A DNA stretch of 64,000 nt from Octopus bimaculoides. Taxonomy: Eukaryota. Position 1 is the first letter of the stretch; each line of letters opens with the position of its first letter. The position numbers were made by a program, and so were the translations under genes. Under the pieces are notes generated by a model. The model had not been told where the DNA came from. It worked only from the letters and a program-made list of their open reading frames with translations, and ran no database searches. The stretch covers positions 33,716,105 through 33,780,104 of the forward strand of contig NC_068990.1 in NCBI RefSeq assembly GCF_001194135.2, given 5' to 3'. Below are positions 12,890-26,661 of the stretch, piece by piece.

Positions 12890-13900
12890 CAATTTGTCAT
12901 GCTCATCTACTTTCCATCAAATTTACTGAAGGGCAGCACCTCCCTCTCTGCCCTCACCATTTTCCTTTAAGAGGTATTTGGAGATATTGTCGAGGACTTG
13001 GTCTGTTCTCAGTCTTTTCTACAGTTTGCATCACACCAATTCTTTCATTATAGCCTCAAGGCAGAGACAAACTACTTGCACATCTTGGCTGAAAGAAGGT
13101 GGCAGGTTGATAGTTAATATTTGCAATAGAGTTGGTAGACAGTTTTCCTGCAAATGATAAAAGTCATTAACATTAAAACCAAAGCGATGCCCATTCATTG
13201 AATGAATATCTGCTAAACAGCATCACCACCTTTCTTGCATCTTGGTGAGGTTTGATCACTGGTAACTCCATCATACCCCTGACACAAGAGTTTATCCTGA
13301 AGAAGCAAAGCTCTCTTTTCTTGTTATTTTCTTGGTCTATATATTAATAGCCAAGTACTGTAGATTATTCATAAGCCCTGGATTTCTGAAGGTCCTCCAG
13401 AAGAAATGATTCAAACTGTTTTTGTCAATGTCTAAAATATCTCTGAGGCCATTCTCACTTCTGTCTTCCATAACCCACAAAACAATATGAGGGTTGACTT
13501 TGTCTCCAATCACAGGATTCAGCTGGTATAATGCAGAGAGTGCATAGACAACATTCTAGATGCCAAATACTCAGGCTCTAAATCAGTCAGAGATGAGTTG
13601 TAGAAAAGAATGTTACACAAAGTGACCATCATTGATGTTTGCACATCATCAATCCCATCATCCTGAGTCCCACTGTAAAGGGAGCTGGCAGCAAACAGAT
13701 CTCCTGACAAGTAGAACCTTTCCCTTCCACAATATTTATAAAACATGTACGCTCCAATCTGATCAGATATTTCCTGGATCAAGGCAAGATGGTGAAATTC
13801 CAGTACAGCACTAAAGCAATAAACACATCAGCCATTTCAGCAAAACATTTCACATAAATTCCTCAACCAATTTCTGAGTGAGACTAGCTACCCTGCTCAT
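12890..13900 (-). pseudogene. Heavily decayed hAT-type transposase
   Basis: Ordered motifs across frameshifts: IIPAESCD (DExTD-like), KLLCQGYDG (QxYDGA) and IHSMNGHR (CxxH-like). Confidence 0.45.
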
Positions 13901-14949
13901 TACAAATTTCTAGTCTTTATATTCAGGGTGTGACAAAAACATGAGAGAATCAGTGAGAGGTAACAGAATGTTGTTTACACTGTAAAGAAGTGTTTTCCAA
14001 AGTTGAGTGTTGTCATTTCAAAATGGCAGGGGTTGGGGCAGAGAAGTAAGTAACAAGTAAATAAAATTTGCAATAAAGTTTTAATTTAATCTCCATTTGG
14101 AGAGATATATATATGTGTATGTATATGCTATATACAAACTTTGTCAATTTATGGTGGGATGCGATGGGGATGCGCATTTATAAGTTATTCTTGTTTTGCT
14201 TTTGAAAACTGAAATGGAGCATGGAGTGAAAAAGTTTGAGGAAGACTAATGTAAAGCATTTTTATATTGGAATGTATCTGTTTAAGATGAGTTCTTAATG
14301 GCTACTCAAGCAGAGTTCACTACAATTACTTAATATCAACAATAGCAACAGCAACAATGATAAAAAGACATAGTTGGGTTTCTTTCACTACTACTTTTAC
14401 AATCAAAGAATATTTACGTTTGTAGTAATGTGATTGAATAAACTCAGTTCTTTTCTTACTCCCCCACTGAGTTACTAGAAAGTCCATCAATGGTGCATTA
14501 ATATTGTGAAATAACCATGCTAGTTGGCTGAGAATATTTCACTGCTAGCAAGCATGTCACATGACAAAAGAGGTCAGAAAAGATAAGTATACAAGTGCTA
14601 AGCCATTTTTACTGTTGCATGAAATCAATATTTTTAACTACTAAACCAGTTGAGCAACACTTAGCTAGAAATAAAATCAATACAATACAAGACTGAATCA
14701 TTTCCTATTCTTAACTGGCTCCCTCGGCCAAAGTATGTATTAAAGGAACAAATATAAACACTGCTCTCACTGTATCATATCTAACAACTGTAGTATTCCC
14801 TTCTTTTGTCCTTGAACACGCTTATAATTAACATGTTTATTTTAATAAAATTTATATATTTCAGTTTGATAGTAACACCTGCTGTAAAATTCATAACCAG
14901 TTATTTTTTACTTAATGATCTTTTTCAGAGAAACTAATTATATATTACT

Positions 14950-15410
14950 GCTATGTCTGAAAAAACAAGGAGATATGCCATAACAATACATATTACAGTA
15001 TACAGAAGGAGACGTACTATAACAATACATAGTACAATATATAGAAATAGATATAGTACAAAAGTAACACATTACAGTGTATATAAGGTATATAATACTG
15101 AATATATGATGAAACATATTATAACAGCATATAATACTGATTGTATAATGCGGCACTTTACAATAGTATATAGTACAGTATGTATACAGAGATATACTAC
15201 AATATAAAGATAGTACAGTCTGTTTAAGTAGACATAGTACAATATGTATAAGGAAGCATAATGTAAAAATAGATAGTAATGGTATGTATAGAAAGATACT
15301 GTAACAATACATAGTTCAGTGTATAAGTAGTAATACATAGTGTAGTATATACAAGGAGAGTGATACTATAATAGTATATACATAGTACTTTATGTATATG
15401 TAGACACACT
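14950..15410. repeat. Highly degenerate AT-rich minisatellite (atagtacaatatatag-like units)
   Basis: catagtac / atatagtaca motifs recur every 20-45 bp. Confidence 0.65.
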
Positions 15411-16159
15411 ACCAACATGCTTCTTAGTTTTCACATAAAATCGATGTCTTATTTCAAAACTTTATATTTTGAAATGTGGAATTGTTTTTCTTATCTGAAA
15501 GAAGTTGAAAAATAAAGGAAAGATAAGACTCCTCACTGTTTGAAGTCAAATGATATCTATCAGCAGAAATATCTTGTATTTTACCGAAGAATATATTAAA
15601 GAGTTTCTTGTATTACACTAAGATTCAAAGAAATAATTCAAGATTGATTTTTCAGAAGTATCTCTAAACATTTCTGCTGTAGGATAAAAGTATATACAAA
15701 GGAAAATAAAATGGTTTCTTAAAGGCATATATACCGCTTGTATTCAGTAATATAAATAGATTTCACTCTCACACAGAAACACTTGTTCACCAATTAACCT
15801 TTCAATTTAGCTGCATCTTCTTAATCCGAGTTGTGCTCACTCACAGCCAGTAGCTAAACAGAGGGCAATACTCAGCTAATTCTACACTCAAAGACACCAA
15901 TACTAGAAAAAATTCCATGTTGAAAAGTCAATTTAAATTCATATGAGATTTATGCGGTATAAATATAGTTGGCTGTTCAGGAAAATGGCAATCAAATATT
16001 AGGTGGAGGTGCAAGTATATGCTAAGGAGTTTGCTTCCCAACCAAATGGTTCTAGATTCAGTCCCATTGCGTAGTACTTTGAGCAAATCTCTTCTACAAT
16101 AATCTCAGGCCAACCAAAGCCTAGTGGGTGGATTTGGACGGCAGAAACTGAAAGAAGCC

Positions 16160-16384
16160 GAGCTGGCAGAAGCGTTATCACGCCGGGCGAAATGCTTAGC
16201 AGTATTTCGTCTGCTGTTACGTTCTGAGTTCAAATTCTGCCGAGGTCGACTTTGTCTTTCATCCTTTCGGGTCGATTAAATAAGTACCAGAACCGCACTG
16301 GGGTCGATATAATCGACTTAATCCGTTTGTCTGTCCTTGTTTGTCCCCTCTATGTTTAGCCCCTTGTGGGCAATAAAAAAATAA
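16160..16384 (+). mobile_element. SINE family A (long-tail subfamily) nested in family B
   Basis: Perfect 16-bp TSD gaaactgaaagaagcc at 16144-16159 and 16385-16400. Confidence 0.92.
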
Positions 16385-16594
16385 GAAACTGAAAGAAGCC
16401 CATCATATATATATGTGTGTACGTATGTGTGTGTGTGTGTGTGTGAATGTTTGTCCCACCACCAGGGTTGGTTTATTGACATCCTTATAATTTAAAGGTT
16501 CAGTAAAAGGTACTGATAGAATAAGTATCAGGCTTAAAAGAAAAATAAGAGCTGGAGTCAATATTTTTGACTAAAAAATTCAATTCTTCAAGGT

Positions 16595-16632
16595 CAGTAG
16601 TCATATGCTTGTCTCAAAGCTTAATCCATGCA
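16595..16632 (+). pseudogene. 38-nt fragment of the 18S rRNA 5' end
   Basis: cagtagtcatatgcttgtctcaaagcttaatccatgca versus the conserved eukaryotic CAGTAGTCATATGCTTGTCTCAAAGATTAAGCCATGCA (36/38, first 25 exact; reference recalled, not searched). Confidence 0.85.
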
Positions 16633-18379
16633 AATGCAAGGCTGTAGTCTAATGACTGAAACAAGGAAAAGATAAAAGATAACAGATATTAAAGTCCTCC
16701 TTAAATGAACTGTATATGCTACTTGTTTATGTTACTGGTGGAAATATACTATTTTGTTGATGAATTTCTGTATTTAGTTATCCAAATATATCAACCAAAC
16801 ACATGGACAAAATGTGAACTATAGCCAACATTTGTGAAAATAAAAAATCAATATCTACAAGTAATGTAAATAATATTGATTAATATAAGTACTGAGTAAA
16901 TTCATAAGATATGTAAAAACATGATTGGTCAGATTCATAGAAAAAGTAACAGTAAAAATAGTGCATATAATACATATTTTATGCCCATATTAGTCTCAGA
17001 GCAGCCTCTTAGAGATTGTTAAACAGATGCTGTGCATAATTCTGGGACTTAAAGCCCGAGTTGAAGGAATTAACAATATCTTACAAATTGTTCCAGGGAA
17101 ATGACTATAAATGATCCTAATTTAACAAACGCTACATTATCCACGAAAAGTGCACCAAATGCAAATTTGATCATTATTATTTCCACTGTTTTATCAACCA
17201 GGTCTTTTGTTACTTCACAGATATTTGTCTTGTGTAATAGAATTACAGATCTGTTAGGGTCTTTTACCATTAATAATGTAGAAGAAACTGTTCTTTGTAC
17301 AGAAGATATCATGCATGGACTCTACGCTACTTTTATTATATTCTTTTTTAATTCTGTGGCCTGTTGATATATGTTGGTTGAGCTCATTTTCATCGCAGTT
17401 CACATAAAAGGCAAAAAATAAGACAGTTTAAGTTTTATAATTACTTATGGAGTTTGAACGGAAACCTCATGGGATTAATACATAACTTTAATGTTCATGG
17501 TTAATAAACATATTTAAAAATTTAAATCTGAATTTCAATGCTAGACCTGAGCAAAATTTTGTTCTTCAGAGTTGAAAGAAGGAATAATGGCAGAAGAACT
17601 ACAGAAATTCCAGATCATCAAGGGTTGCAAAAAATTAATAGAAGACTGAGATTAAGGGACAAAGATTTTGGTGCATCTGAAGCCTAATCTCATATGTCAT
17701 ATACAGGAATGTAATGTTACATAAACTGAAATGAAAACATTCTCTAAGTCAATAAGTCAACTGGTTTATGTTAATACATAAACATAAATTATACATATTG
17801 ATATTTAAATTGGATCCTAAACACAAACTGAAATTTCAATACTTCTGATCAATAATTTAAAAACCGTTTTATAAACTTCAATAGGTTTTGTTGTGTTAAA
17901 ACTGCAATTGTAGTTTAAACTGCCAGTTTCTATTCAAACATTAATTATTACACAGCACACGGAACATTTCACTTGTCACTAAAACAATTTCACATTTTAA
18001 ACTTTTTGAAATGTGAGCCTCTATATGTAGGCTTGAGCTACTAGAAATAGCAGCCTCAAATAATCTTCTACTATTTGTATGTAGGAAAAAGACTGGATGA
18101 TCATGGATAGAAAGTCTTTCATAAGAGTTGACCTGGGTCTAGACAAAATAAACAGTGTAATGATTTTGAAATATAAGATCACTGGTGGTGGGGAACTTCT
18201 GACAAAGTTTTGTATACAAGCATCTATGAAAATTTTACGAAGGAAGATGGCGTCATCAAATTGTAAGAAAGGCAAATACAATGACGGTTACAAATTTGAA
18301 GCCAGAGTTATAATATTGGTGTTGCTGATGAAGGGAAGTTTTCCTCGGTAAACTTTTGTCTTATTTGTCATGTATCTCT

Positions 18380-19590
18380 CAAGCTTTATAAATACTTTGA
18401 AACACAATTATGGATAAAAGCATAAAAACTTTCATTCAGGGAGAGAATCCAAACAATAATGAATCTACTTATTTGTAACACATTCTGGAAGATTCAAATG
18501 TGAATATCTGAACACTGATGTTATTCATTAACAGAGAACACTTCCTCTCTTTAGATAATGTCTGTTCATAGAATATGTGATTTATCAGGTGTAAGGGGAG
18601 TTAGAGACATTGCAGTGTTTTGACCTCATTGTTTGTCTCTTCAGTTGAAATTAGCTAAGACTGATGAATCTCACAAGAACATAAGCTCTTGTTTGTAGGA
18701 ATCAACAAACAAATTATTTGTTGTTGAGTGCAAATATCTGCCAAACAGATAACAATTCATGGAGTGCATGCAGAACAATGAGAATTCAAACACTTGCATA
18801 TCTATGCATTCTTAATATGTTCTGGCAGATTCAAACATGGATACCTGATCACTATTGTTATTCACTATCAAAGAATGTCTTTTCCTTTAAAAACACACAA
18901 TTCACCAGTATAATGGGACCTTGAGACACTACATTGTTTTGACTTCATAGATTGTATCAGTTTGGCAGACATTTGCACACAACAAATAGATTGTTTGCTG
19001 AACCCAATAAATGAAAGTTCCTTCTCTAATTAGATTCATTGGTCCGATGTAGCTTCAACTGAAGAGATGTACATCAAGGTCAAAACAATGCAGTATCCCA
19101 AGGTCCCTTTACACTGATTAATCATGAGTATTATGTAAACATGCCACTTTAAGGAACAAAATGTTCTATAATAATAAATAACCACAGTGATTAGATATTC
19201 ACGTTTCAATCTGCTAGAATGTATTTTAAAGATGAATAGACATATTGTTGTTTGAATTCTCACTGTTTTGTGTGCTTTCCATGAATTATTATTTGTTTGG
19301 CAGACATCTGTATGTGTCAGTAAATTGTTTATTTGTTGATTCCTATAAACAAGAAGTTGGGCTCTTGTGAGATTCATTGATCTGGGGCTGCTGTGACAGA
19401 AGAGATGCACATCAAGATGAAAACATCATGATGTCTTGAGGTTTTCTTATTACCAGTGAATCAAGTGTTTTATGAACATGTATATCTTTAAGGGAGATGC
19501 TTGCTAATTGTGAATAATAAAAGCAATCCAATATTCACATTTCAATCTGCCAGGATGTATGAAGAATGATTAGATATGTTAGTTACCATA
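18380..19590. repeat. Head-to-head array of about 336-bp units (about 1.7 forward and 1.9 reverse)
   Basis: ctgg(a/c)agattcaaa at 18485 and 18822; reverse copies at 19204 and 19540; gtttggcagac at 18960 and 19295. Confidence 0.85.
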
Positions 19591-19599
19591 TGATTATCC

Positions 19600-21140
19600 A
19601 TTTACATCAGTATTAAGGTAAAACAATTTAAGAGTATTAATACTTTCATTAAATAGCATGTAGATACTTTTGATAATATTCAGTAAAGAAGCTGATACAG
19701 TGGCTGAAAGTAATTTTGTTAGGTTATGGAATTTGACTCATGCTAAACATTTATATTTTGATGGGGGATTGTTAAGAAGAATACAGCTGAAGTTATTGCT
19801 CTTACAAAACACAAAGCTTCAATGATTAATGGTATGAACACAAGTTTTATGCCACACTATGGAGTAGCGTATTTCCCAGATCAGTTCTGATGTTGCAGGC
19901 AAAATGATTTAAAGAATTCTTCTGCATTCAGCTTAGCTATTGACAAATTTATAGATATACAACCCAACAGATAACTGACAGTATTTCTTTAAATAAATGG
20001 TGTGCGATGTTAACATTAAGAATGTGCTTGGCAGAACCTTAATAAAAGCTGATGTTGCTCCGAAAAATTTGTGAGAGTTGTAACAGATGGAACACTTGCA
20101 ATAGTGGAGACAAATATAAGATTAACTTATGGAAAGCAACCCCAGATTTCCAGGATTTCTTGGATTAATCTGACTGCCAGATGATCACTTGGCAGTCAGA
20201 TACTTCACAGGGGAAAATGATATGAAATTTATCCTTGAAACTGTCAATTAATTACACTTGCAAAGGAAGATCTATCAACATTTCAAAACGTTTATTGAAA
20301 AACTGGAGCTTGAAGATAAACCTAGTTATGTCCCTTTATAACATATTTGGCAGCCAGTAATGACTTGAGTAGATCTGTGGATCTGTTGAAGCCTGCTATT
20401 AGCTTTCTTATAAAAGAAAAATATCTAGTTCACAAAATGGAAAATGATGAATGGAAGCAAGATATCATGTCTCTTACTGAGATAATGAATCCTAAATAAA
20501 CCCTCAACTTGGCACTCCATGGGAAGGATAAGATTATTTCTGATTTTATTCAGATAATTTTTAAGCTTTCAGTGTAAGAGTTTTCAAAGGAAAATATTGT
20601 TAAGAAAGAAAACAATCACTTTCTCCATATCAGTAGGACAGTAAATACATCTCTGAGAATTATAAAAAAATAAAATAAAATAAAACCCACAAGCTGGTAG
20701 GAAATAAAGATACATTACAATGACAGCATGATAATTTCCTTGTCAGGTTTGATGACTTGCAGAAGCTTAATCCTTGTCTTAGCTTTTATACAAATCCATT
20801 CATGGTTGATGTGATTCATGAGGGTTGTTCAGTTCTTGCATGTCTTGTTACAGAATCATCTGTTGAGGAATTACAACAGAACTTCGGTCTAAAGACATTC
20901 CACAAACCCCTATTTACAATTAAGTTCTAAAACAAAGGTTCATAGATAAAATATTCCAAATTGAAGAAAACTAGTGCATGAACCATCCCCATTTTCAGAA
21001 TAACATACTGTAGTAAATCTGAATACTTTGAAAGAAGTTAATGAAGTCGAAGTATTGGGCAATCGTTACAAATAAACACCGGATGAACAATTTCATACAG
21101 CCTTGACAATATACTGGTGGGAGATTTTCAATGACTCACA
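19600..21140 (+). pseudogene. Decayed hAT transposase (GTF2IRD2/SPIN/Charlie-like)
   Basis: Ordered motifs AFSLAIDKFIDI, FVRVVTDGTLAIV, ENDEWKQDIMSLTEI, TLNLALHGKDKIISD and KLMKSKY, with many stops and frameshifts. Confidence 0.85.
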
Positions 21141-21562
21141 GCCAAGAGAGATACCTACAAGATAACTATAGTTTGAGTAATGGCTTTAAATGTCTGATCA
21201 TTGCAGTATTATCTGTTTGTCATTAAAATATTATGATAAAAGTGTAATTTTGTAAGGTAGTACCTGATTTAAATGTTTCTAATTTCATTAGGCTGATAAT
21301 TATTATGATCATTATTTTTGTTTTGCTTTTACATATTTCTTTCCATATTTGGATCAGATATTTATTAAATCAAATATCATTAAAAATATCTGTTGTTTTT
21401 TTCCTCCACATTCAGTTTTATTTTCAGCAGTCTGATTTTATGTTACTGAAATCCAAATTTACATATTGTTCATAGCTGTTTCTATAGCTCATTTCCATAT
21501 CAAATATGCTCAATATAGTTAAAACAATCATCAGTCAATAATTTGAAAACATGAGGTATGTA

Positions 21563-21610
<48 letters not shown>

Positions 21611-22048
21611 CGTGCGTGTATGTATGTATATACATATTATGATCATAGAAACTAATACAAATTAGCAGTATAAAAAATAATCTATCTTCATGAATAAATA
21701 TTATTGTAAATATATATTTCATAATATTTCTATTAAATATTTGTTGCAAAAATTCATACGTAACAATAAAATTGCATGTGTAAATCTTTCATGTCTTGTT
21801 GCTGTGAAAGACCTGAAATTTATTACATCTGGCTTTTACATTAAGCAAATTTGGAAACCCTTGCTGCAGCACCATTAATGCAATATACTTATTTTATTTT
21901 ATTTGAAATAATTCTTATAATATCTGACAAATAAATACAGTTTCTGGTTATGTACAAACGTGTGTGTTGGATAATATTTTCAAAACATTAAGAAACTTGA
22001 AAATAAGTCTTGTTGATAAAATTATTCAAAAACAAATGTAACCACAAG

Positions 22049-22200
22049 CAGGGTCAGTTCAAGGTACCAGCAACTTGGGGAGTTGCTTGGGGCACCATGT
22101 GCTAGGGAGTGCCAAGGAGGGCTTGACAACCATCAACTTGTACATGCAAAAGTTCAGCTTACCTGGGACATCAGCAACCCTAGGGTGGGCGCTGGCCCTG
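22049..22200. mobile_element. hAT-type MITE
   Basis: TIRs cagggtcagt / gctggccctg; 8-bp flanks accacaag / gccacagg (6/8). Confidence 0.6.
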
Positions 22201-22659
22201 GCCACAGGTAACAGATAATAACATACTTAGTGGGGAAAATCATCTTAGTTAAAAGATGGACATATGTCCCCTGTGGAAAATGAAGCATGCATCTACCATG
22301 GACAGGACAACAATGATACTATAACAGCAGTGAGAAAGAATAATAGGCATATTTACCCCTGACAGTATTTGAACTCAGCTACAAGAGCCCATGTATTCTT
22401 TCTGATGCTCTAATGTGTGTGTGTACATACATAGACACACACACACGTGGTTAGGGTGTTGCAAGATTGTGGTTCCAATTCCCGGTTGGGCAGTGTTTTG
22501 TGTTCTTGAGCCAAACAGTTTCACATCACTCCAGTCCACTCAGTCATAAATGAGTAGCCCTTTGACAGATTGGTGTCACATTCAGGTGAAATACTGGGAT
22601 CTTGGTCACTTCAAAGCAATAGAAACAAAGTAACAAGCCCTATGAGTCCTAGTACTCAG

Positions 22660-22860
22660 CGCCTGTGCTGGTGCCATGTAAGAAAGCACCTGGCAGACTC
22701 TGTAAAGTGGTTGGCACTAGGAAGGCCATCCAGCTACAGAAACCAAGCTAAAATAAATAAATAGAACCCGGGCAGCTCCCCAGCTTACCTGTTCCTGTCA
22801 AACCATCTGACCCGTGCCAGTATGGAAAGTGGACGTTAAATGATGATGATGATGATTATG
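22660..22860 (+). mobile_element. RTE 3' UTR/tail fragment
   Basis: gtggttggcactaggaaggccatccagc-ggacgttaaatgatgatgat. Confidence 0.75.
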
Positions 22861-23274
22861 CACATACACACACACACGTATGTATATAAGTATACAACAA
22901 ACCATTTACAAACTGTGAGACTTATTTTGTAGACTATAATTTATTGAATATTTCATATAAACTGGCTTGTTCAACTGGTCTGGTAGAATAAGCTGATACA
23001 GCAAACATTAAAATCCTAATCAACTGGAAAAATGTGCAAACACAGAGCTTAGGGATTGTTTGGCAAGAGTCATCAGAAATAAGTTCACAAGCTCTCTTCC
23101 ATACTTACTGGAGTCTTGCATAAGTAGCTGATCCCCCATAACCCTTTTAGTACCAACCCACCTGAGACTGCTTCTGGTTCTATGATACAAACTTATTGTT
23201 TTAAAGTAATCTTAATTAAAACATTCAAAGAAAATTCCATGTTAGTTTATGTTTCAAATGCCAGTTTAATAATC

Positions 23275-23903
23275 TTTTCTACTATGGGTACAAGGCCTGA
23301 AATCTGGCGGGAGGGATTAAGTCGATTACATCCACACCAGCACTCTACTGGTACTTAATTTAGCAACCCTGCAAGGATGAAAGGCAAAGTCCACCTCGGC
23401 AGAATTTGAACTCAGAATGTAAAGATTGGGCAAAACAACACTAAGAATTTCATCCAGTGTGCTAATGATTCTTATTTCTTTATTTCCCATAAGGGGCTAA
23501 ACACAAAGGGGACAAACAAGGACGGACAAAGGGATTAAGTCGATTACATCTACCCCAGTGCATGACTGGTACTTNNNNNNNNNNCAAAGTCCACCTCGGC
23601 AGAATTTGAACTCAGAATGTAAAGATTGGGCAAAACAACACTAAGAATTTCATCCAGTGTGCTAATGATTCTTATTTCTTTATTTCCCATAAGGGGCTAA
23701 ACACAAAGGGGACAAACAAGGACGGACAAAGGGATTAAGTCGATTACATCTACCCCAGTGCATGACTGGTACTTTATTTATCGACCCCAAAAGGATGAAA
23801 GGCAAAGTTGACCTCGGTAGAATTTGAACTCAGAATGAAATGGCAGATGAAATACCGCTAAGCATTTTGCCCCGTGTGCTAACGTTTCTGCCAGCTCACC
23901 ACC
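23275..23903 (-). mobile_element. Family A copy with a long-tail family A copy inserted in its head; includes an assembly duplication
   Basis: Junction gctaatgattc|ttatttcttta at 23471/23472; 23387-23574 is repeated after the 10-N gap. Confidence 0.8.
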
Positions 23904-24446
23904 TTACAAATGCCAACATATAGTGAGAGACACAGAGAAGAGAGACAACTCATCACAAGGCTTTGTTCAGGCAAAGTGTCTTAACTGCCATATAATCAAC
24001 TGAGAATGCTAATAATACAATTACCACCATCACCACCACCACCACCAGCAACGCCACCATCGCCGCCGCTGCTGCTGCTGCTACTACAACAACAACAAAA
24101 AACAACAGTTGATGTAATTTGAAGTAAGAAAACGGCAAAGATTTTAGTGTACAATAACAAATTTGGATTGAATCACGCATCTTCACCAAATATGGTTGGA
24201 GATTAAGTGGAGGTAATTCATTGCATACACACATACATACAGATGTAAGTGTATACATGCATACACATTCATGCATATACACATATATACACTCATACAT
24301 CTCCACAAGCAAATATGACGCACATACATACACACATAGATAAGTATATCAATTAATTATGCAAATGTGGTTACCAAAGAAAATAGCAATTCTTCAATAA
24401 ATACATATCTATCTATCTATCTAACTATACATATGTCTATCTATCT

Positions 24447-24480
<34 letters not shown>

Positions 24481-25297
24481 TGTACAGGCATGTATGAATA
24501 TATATAAACATATGTATACACTCATACATATCATATATAAGCATACAGACATACACAAACCACCGTATATAAGTTTTTGTTTTAGTTTCTTCCATGTCAT
24601 TTTTTAAAAAGTACCTTTTGACAAAATCTTATTTCTCTTAGAAGACAATCTTTTCAGCTAAAACTACTGGCTAGACTTCACCCCAACCCTACCTCTCGCA
24701 CACACTCTTTCTCTGATTCTATTAGTTTCTCTCTCTGTGTCTGTCTGTCTGTCTGTCTCTCTCCTGCTGTCTCTTTATCTCCCTCTTTCACACTTGCTAA
24801 CTCTGTCTTACCTGCCACCATGCATATCCCCTCCCTTCCTCTATCTGTCTGTTTGTCTGTCTTTTTCTCTTTGTCTCTCTCTCTCTTTCTTTCGCCCACT
24901 TACATACACTCTAGCTCTCCCCCACTCTTTCTCTCTATCTCGCTCTCTCTCACCTCATTCATTTTTAGAAAAATAACAACAAAAAAAAAATTCTTTCCTT
25001 AATTGATGTTGTCTTTGCCATAAAACAAAGAAGACACAATGAGTGAGCTGGCGTATTGAATATAATACTATATACTCAAGTAAATAGACAGATCCTCTGA
25101 GACAGAATGTGATAGCTGAAAATGTCTATACACACACACTCACACACATGCACCCATGCATGCATGCACGCATGCGCGTGTACAACATACACACACTTGC
25201 TGAGGCAATTACGTATACATCTGCATGCATGCAAACACACAGGCATGGATACTTATGCATGGATGCACAGATATACGCATACAAACCTCTGTTTTAC

Positions 25298-25385
25298 TTA
25301 GCTTTCATCAGCTTTCGCATTTCTTTAACAGACACAGTATAGATTTGTGTGGTGGTGTAAAAATCAATAGCGACTGTCGAGTGTC
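25298..25385 (-). CDS. Candidate internal exon, product unknown (xHSTVAIDFYTTTQIYTVSVKEMRKLMKA)
   Basis: Acceptor tctttctttatag, donor AA|gtaaaa, open phase-1 frame; no recognised homology. Confidence 0.25.
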
Positions 25386-26160
25386 CTATAAAGAAAGATG
25401 ATTTCGATGTTTGTAGGTAGGGAGAGGTGGGTTGGTGGGCCGGCTGGTAGAGAGAGAGAGGGAAGAGGCAGAGGAGGAGGAGGAGGAGGAGGAGAGAAAG
25501 AAATGAGTGGGGGGAGAGACAGAGAAAAAAGAGAGAACAAGTGCATGTATATGTGCATGCACACACATGTGCTTCTATGTGTGTGTGTGTATGAATGAGA
25601 GGGTGGAATAAGGAAAACTGAAGTAACATTGAATAACATTAACAAACAAGCATCTACACAAACTGTTGAAAGATTTGCTTTTGAAGCTCTAATGGACTGT
25701 ATTTAGTCTTGATGGTTCCTGCATGAATTACAATTGATTTTTTTTTTTTTTTTTTTTCTTTGCTTTTCCATAATTTCAAGCCTCTGTCTTCTACCAAACA
25801 AATCATAGCATAGTACTACTATCATGATAGTTAGTCTAAGATTTCACTCTTTCTGATAACAAAACAAATATTAGGCAACCAGGAAAAAAGTGATTCAGTA
25901 TATTTGGTTTTTTCGAAAAGAAATTTCAATCAGCCAAATTAGTAAGTGATGGCTAAAAATTAACCTGAATCAGGGAAATATTGTAGAAATATAGTGATTT
26001 TAAAAAAATGAAAGAATTACTTTGAATTAAAGCTTGCTAAAGATATTAAAATAATTTTTGTTTGCAACAGTGCTTTAGTAAATTCATAGAATATATATAT
26101 CATCTAAAGATTACCAAGAGAATAGTATGTTTAAATTTTCTATGAAAGAATCTTTAAGAT

Positions 26161-26476
26161 TTTATCTTTTGCTTGTTTCTGTCATTGAACTGTGACCATG
26201 CTGGAGTATCATCTTGAAGATGTTTGGTCAAATATATTGGTCTCAGTATCTATTTTTTAAGCCCAGTTGTGTCTGCTTGGCTGAACTGTTAATTACAGGG
26301 ATGTAAACAAACCAACATTATTTGACTAGTGTGATGAAGGACAAACACAACACAGGCACACACATATGCATTCATATATACACATACATACACACATATA
26401 TATAGATGTGTGTGTGTGTATATATATATATATACATACATACATATATGCAGATACATATGTATGTGTGTGTGTG

Positions 26477-26517
<41 letters not shown>
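26161..26517 (-). mobile_element. Diverged SINE family B, 3' half ending in TA run and gap
   Basis: cttgtttctgtcattgaactgtgaccatgctggag. Confidence 0.7.
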
Positions 26518-26653
26518 NNNNNNNNNNGATTCAGTAGGCTTTTGGCTACCAACTAAACTATATTTTCATTCACATATTTGCATTACAAAAATTTTAAATC
26601 GTCATCTTTCTTTTAATCACCTATTGTAAATGACATTTACATCACCACCACAA

Positions 26654-26661
26654 TGACGTCA
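26654..26661. promoter_or_regulatory. Perfect CRE palindrome TGACGTCA in CpG-retaining unique sequence
   Basis: Sequence match only; function not shown. Confidence 0.25.

Larger units (their letters stand above)
16015..16680 (+). mobile_element. SINE family B containing a nested family A copy and an 18S rRNA fragment
   Basis: Head to 16159, resumes at 16385, tail gactgaaacaagg at about 16655-16668. Confidence 0.8.

Noticed and set aside
17070-17312. ORF with ALFVDNVAF resembling an RT YADD motif
   Set aside because: Only weak similarity by eye; flanking RT motifs are not convincing without an HMM search.
18020-18351. Possible Tigger/pogo transposase remnant
   Set aside because: No clear DETG motif could be reconstructed.
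18661-18700. CTGATGA in the 336-bp unit as another hammerhead
   Set aside because: Other units read CAATGA at this position, and there is no stem II or GAAA. CTGATGA at about 35247 likewise lacks the rest of the fold.
23387-23770. Exact duplication of about 190 bp either side of a 10-N gap (similar cases at 30263, 51081, 59360)
   Set aside because: Near-identical flanks around 10-N gaps are typical of unmerged contig overlaps, so these are likely assembly artefacts.
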